From Macrostomum hystrix (lineage: Eukaryota > Animalia > Platyhelminthes), in contig CATNEN010000003.1 of NCBI GenBank assembly GCA_950097015.1, positions 12,586,001 to 12,650,000 of the forward strand: DNA of 64,000 bases. The letters are read 5' to 3'. The stretch's first letter is position 1, and every line of letters starts with the position of its first letter. Of this stretch, positions 60,931-64,000 are shown one piece after another. The notes under the pieces were generated by a model, which was not told where the DNA came from, did no database searches, and worked only from the letters and a program-made list of their open reading frames with translations. A program made the position numbers and the translations under genes.

Positions 60931-61239
60931 TTTCTAAATTAGGTTTTAAATATTTTTCTTCGTGTATTCAACTCGAAATTTGACTAACTAAAAGTCGTAT
61001 TGATAATATTTTAGTGTGATCAAACAAATGACCCATTAGCTAAAGATATGTCAAAACAGAACGGATTTTCCAAACTGTAAATGCGGTTTCTTCTGGTTAA
61101 AAGTGTTTTTATGGCTTCTTAGATTCTTAGAAATGTGGTGTCATTTGTCTTAGCAAAGTTATTTTTTTCACCAGCATGATATAATGTATCTGGCAGATTA
61201 CTAATAAACAATCCACAAGAACCTGCCCACTCCATACGA

Positions 61240-62930
61240 ATCGTCCTGAATCCATGAGAATCGTCCCAATCCACGAGAATCGTCCCAATCCACGAGAATC
61301 GTCCCAATCTCAAAGAATCGTCCCAAATCAACAAGAATCGTCCCAAATCCACAGAATCGTCCCAAATCAACAAGAATCATCCCAATCTCAAAGAATCGTC
61401 CCAAATCAACAAGAATCGTCCCAAATCCACAAGAATCATCCCAATTCATGAGTTATCGTCCCAAATCCACAAGAATCTTCCCAATTCATGAGTTATCGTC
61501 CCAAATCCACAAGAATCTTCCCAATTCATGAGTTATCGTCCCAAATCCACAAGAATCTTCCCAACTCTTGAGTATCGTCCCAAATCCACAAGAATCGTCC
61601 CAATTCATGAGTTATCGTCCAAAATCCACAAGAATCTTCCCAACTCTTGAGTATCGTCCCAAATCCACAAGAATCGTCCCAATTCATGAGTTATCGTCCC
61701 AAATCCACAAGAATCTTCCCAACTCTTGAGTATCGTCCCAAATCCACAAGAATCGTCCCAAATCTACAAGAATTGTCCCAAATCCACAAGAATCTTCCCA
61801 ATTCATGAGTATCGTCTCAAATCCACAAGAATCGTCCCAAATCCACAAGAATTGTCCCAAATCCACAAGAACCGTCACAAATCCTCAAGAACCGTACCAA
61901 ATCCTCAAGAACCGTACCAAATCCTCAAGAACCGTACCAAATCCTCAAGAACCGTCCCAAATCCTCAGGAATCGTCCCAAATTCTCAAAAATAATCCCAA
62001 ATCTTAAAGAATCATCCCAAATCAACAAGAATCTTCCCAATTCATGAGAATCGTCCCAAATCCACAAGAATCGTCCCATATCCACAAGAATCTTCCCAAT
62101 TCATGAGTATCGTCCCAAATCCACAAGAATCGTCCCAAATCCACAAGAATCTTCCCAATTCATGAGTATCGTCCCAAATCCACAAGAATCGTCCCAAATC
62201 CACAAGAATCGTCCTAAATCCACAAGAATCTTCCCAATTCATGAGTATCGTCCGAAATCCACAAGAATCCTCCCCAATCTACAAGAATCGTCCCAAATCC
62301 ACAAGAATCTTCCCAATTCATGAGTATCGTCCCAAATCCACAAGAATCGTCCCAAATCCACAAGAATCGTCCTAAATCCACAAGAATCTTCCCAATTCAT
62401 GAGTATCGTCCCAAATCCACAAGAATCGTCCCAAATCTACAAGAATCGTCCCAAATCCACAAGAATCGTCCCAATTCATGAGTATCGTCCCAAATCCACA
62501 AGAATCGTCCCATATCCACAAGAATCTTCCCAATTCATGAGTATCGTCCCAAATCCACAAGAATCGTCCCATATCCACAAGAATCTTCCCAATTCATGAG
62601 TATCGTCCCAAATCCACAAGAATCTTCCCAACTCTTGAGTATCGTCCCAAATCCACAAGAATCGTCCCAAAGTCATTAGAATCGTCCTAAAGTCATTAGA
62701 ATCGTCCCAAAGTCATTAGAATCGTCCCAAAGTCATTAGATTCGTCCCAAAGTCATTAGAATCGTCCTAAAGTCATTAGAATCGTCCTAAAGTCATTAGA
62801 ATCGTCCCAAAGTCATTAGAATCGTCCCAATTCACAAGAATGGTCCCAAAGTCATTAGAATCGTCTCAAAGTCATTAGAATCGTCCCAATTCACAAGAAT
62901 GGTCTCAAAGTCAATAGAATCGTCCCAATC
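61240..62930. repeat. 19/20-bp minisatellite of the same family (AATCCACAAGAATCGTCCCA and variants)
   Basis: Continuous array with alternating 20/19-bp monomers and a terminal AAGTCATTAGAATCGTCCCA sub-block. Confidence 0.95.
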
Positions 62931-63559
62931 TACATGCTCCTTGTTCCCAAAATATTGCTATAAATTGAGTCTAGGTCGCAAGACAATTTTCCTGATTTGA
63001 AATTCACTGAAAGTCAATGTAAAAGTGCTTCCCTGTTAGCTATAAAATTATCTGTTCCATACTTGGAGTTGCTCAAGTGTGCACTTATCTACGCTAGCCC
63101 TTTTAAAAAAATCACTTGAAATGAGCAGCCCTGTAACTCGCACTCTCTCTCTCTCCTACCCAGTAGCTAATAAACACAGGAAGAGTGTGAGGTGTGGACG
63201 GAACTTCTCAGAGTGAGATTCTGAGCACAAAGCCTATCGATGAAAGATTTTTTCTGTTGCTGAAATTTATTCTTCGAAATCAACTGCATTCCATTAGACA
63301 GACGTTGCTTATGGGGAGTTCACACTAAGCCAAGATCCCTCATTTAGATCCTTTCCTACTTTCGCCAATCTATTTTTAGTTTAAAAAATATTTCCCATGG
63401 GAGATCAGTGAAACACAACTTTAGCAGCCAAAGAAAAACATGATTTGAAAAAATGTTATTCTTTTTATATGCTAACTAGAATGCCGCGTTCAATTTAAAA
63501 AATGATTGTGCTCAGACTGAAAAATATGCCCCAAGGATATCCTTGAGAACAACATTCTC

Positions 63560-64000
63560 AAGGATGTCGCTGATCTCAAGATCCTTAAGATTGGGAATGA
63601 GAATCGACATGTTATGAATCGACAGCATGATAATCGACATCTTGAGAATCGACATGTTAAGAATCGACAGCATGATAATCGACATCATGAGAATTGACAT
63701 CTTGCGAATCGACATCTTAAGAATCGACATCTTGAGAATCGACATCTTGCGAATCGACATCTTAAGAATCGACATCTTGAGAATCGACATCTTAAGAATC
63801 GACATCTTGAGAATCGACATCATGAGAATCCACATCATGAGAATCGACATCTTAAAAATCCACATCATGAGAATCGACATCTTGAGAATCGACTTTGTGA
63901 GAATCGACATCTTGAGAATGGACATCTTGAGAATCGACATCTTGAGAATCGGCATCTTGAGAATCGACATCATAAGAATCGACATCTTGAGAATCGACAT
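63560..64000. repeat. 15-bp minisatellite (GAATCGACATCTTGA)n
   Basis: Runs off the window end; a 2-copy remnant lies at ~59060-59095. Confidence 0.95.

Noticed and set aside
58342-64000. ORFs in the 20- and 15-bp arrays (CFLCHS..., LGRFLWIWDD..., MSILK...)
   Set aside because: Tandem-repeat translations in multiple frames without splice or domain support.

Overview
Eukaryotic (metazoan) genomic DNA with spliced genes, polyQ-rich proteins and introns filled with minisatellites. The style suggests a free-living flatworm such as Macrostomum, but this is inference only. Genes: the 3' part of a zinc-finger/low-complexity protein (+), a Q/P/C-rich 3-exon orphan (+), a divergent MMADHC/CblD homologue (+), a 10-exon GlyR/GluCl-like chloride channel (-), a divergent 2-exon peptide-type GPCR (-), an intronless anion-type Cys-loop subunit (+) and an intronless neuropeptide GPCR (+). 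Mobile elements: an intact, recent BEL/Pao LTR retrotransposon, a probable solo LTR, an internally deleted mariner, several MITEs and three tRNA-derived SINE families. There are about 20 distinct tandem-repeat arrays. The most striking observation is a ~150-bp island inside a CT microsatellite (48614-48765). It holds a complete type I hammerhead ribozyme with a dimer-type palindromic stem III, nested between Pol III A-box-like and B-box motifs and followed by a T6 terminator. This reads as a candidate tRNA-like, self-cleaving Pol III mini-gene or retrozyme. All coordinates were read by eye; repeat boundaries are approximate.
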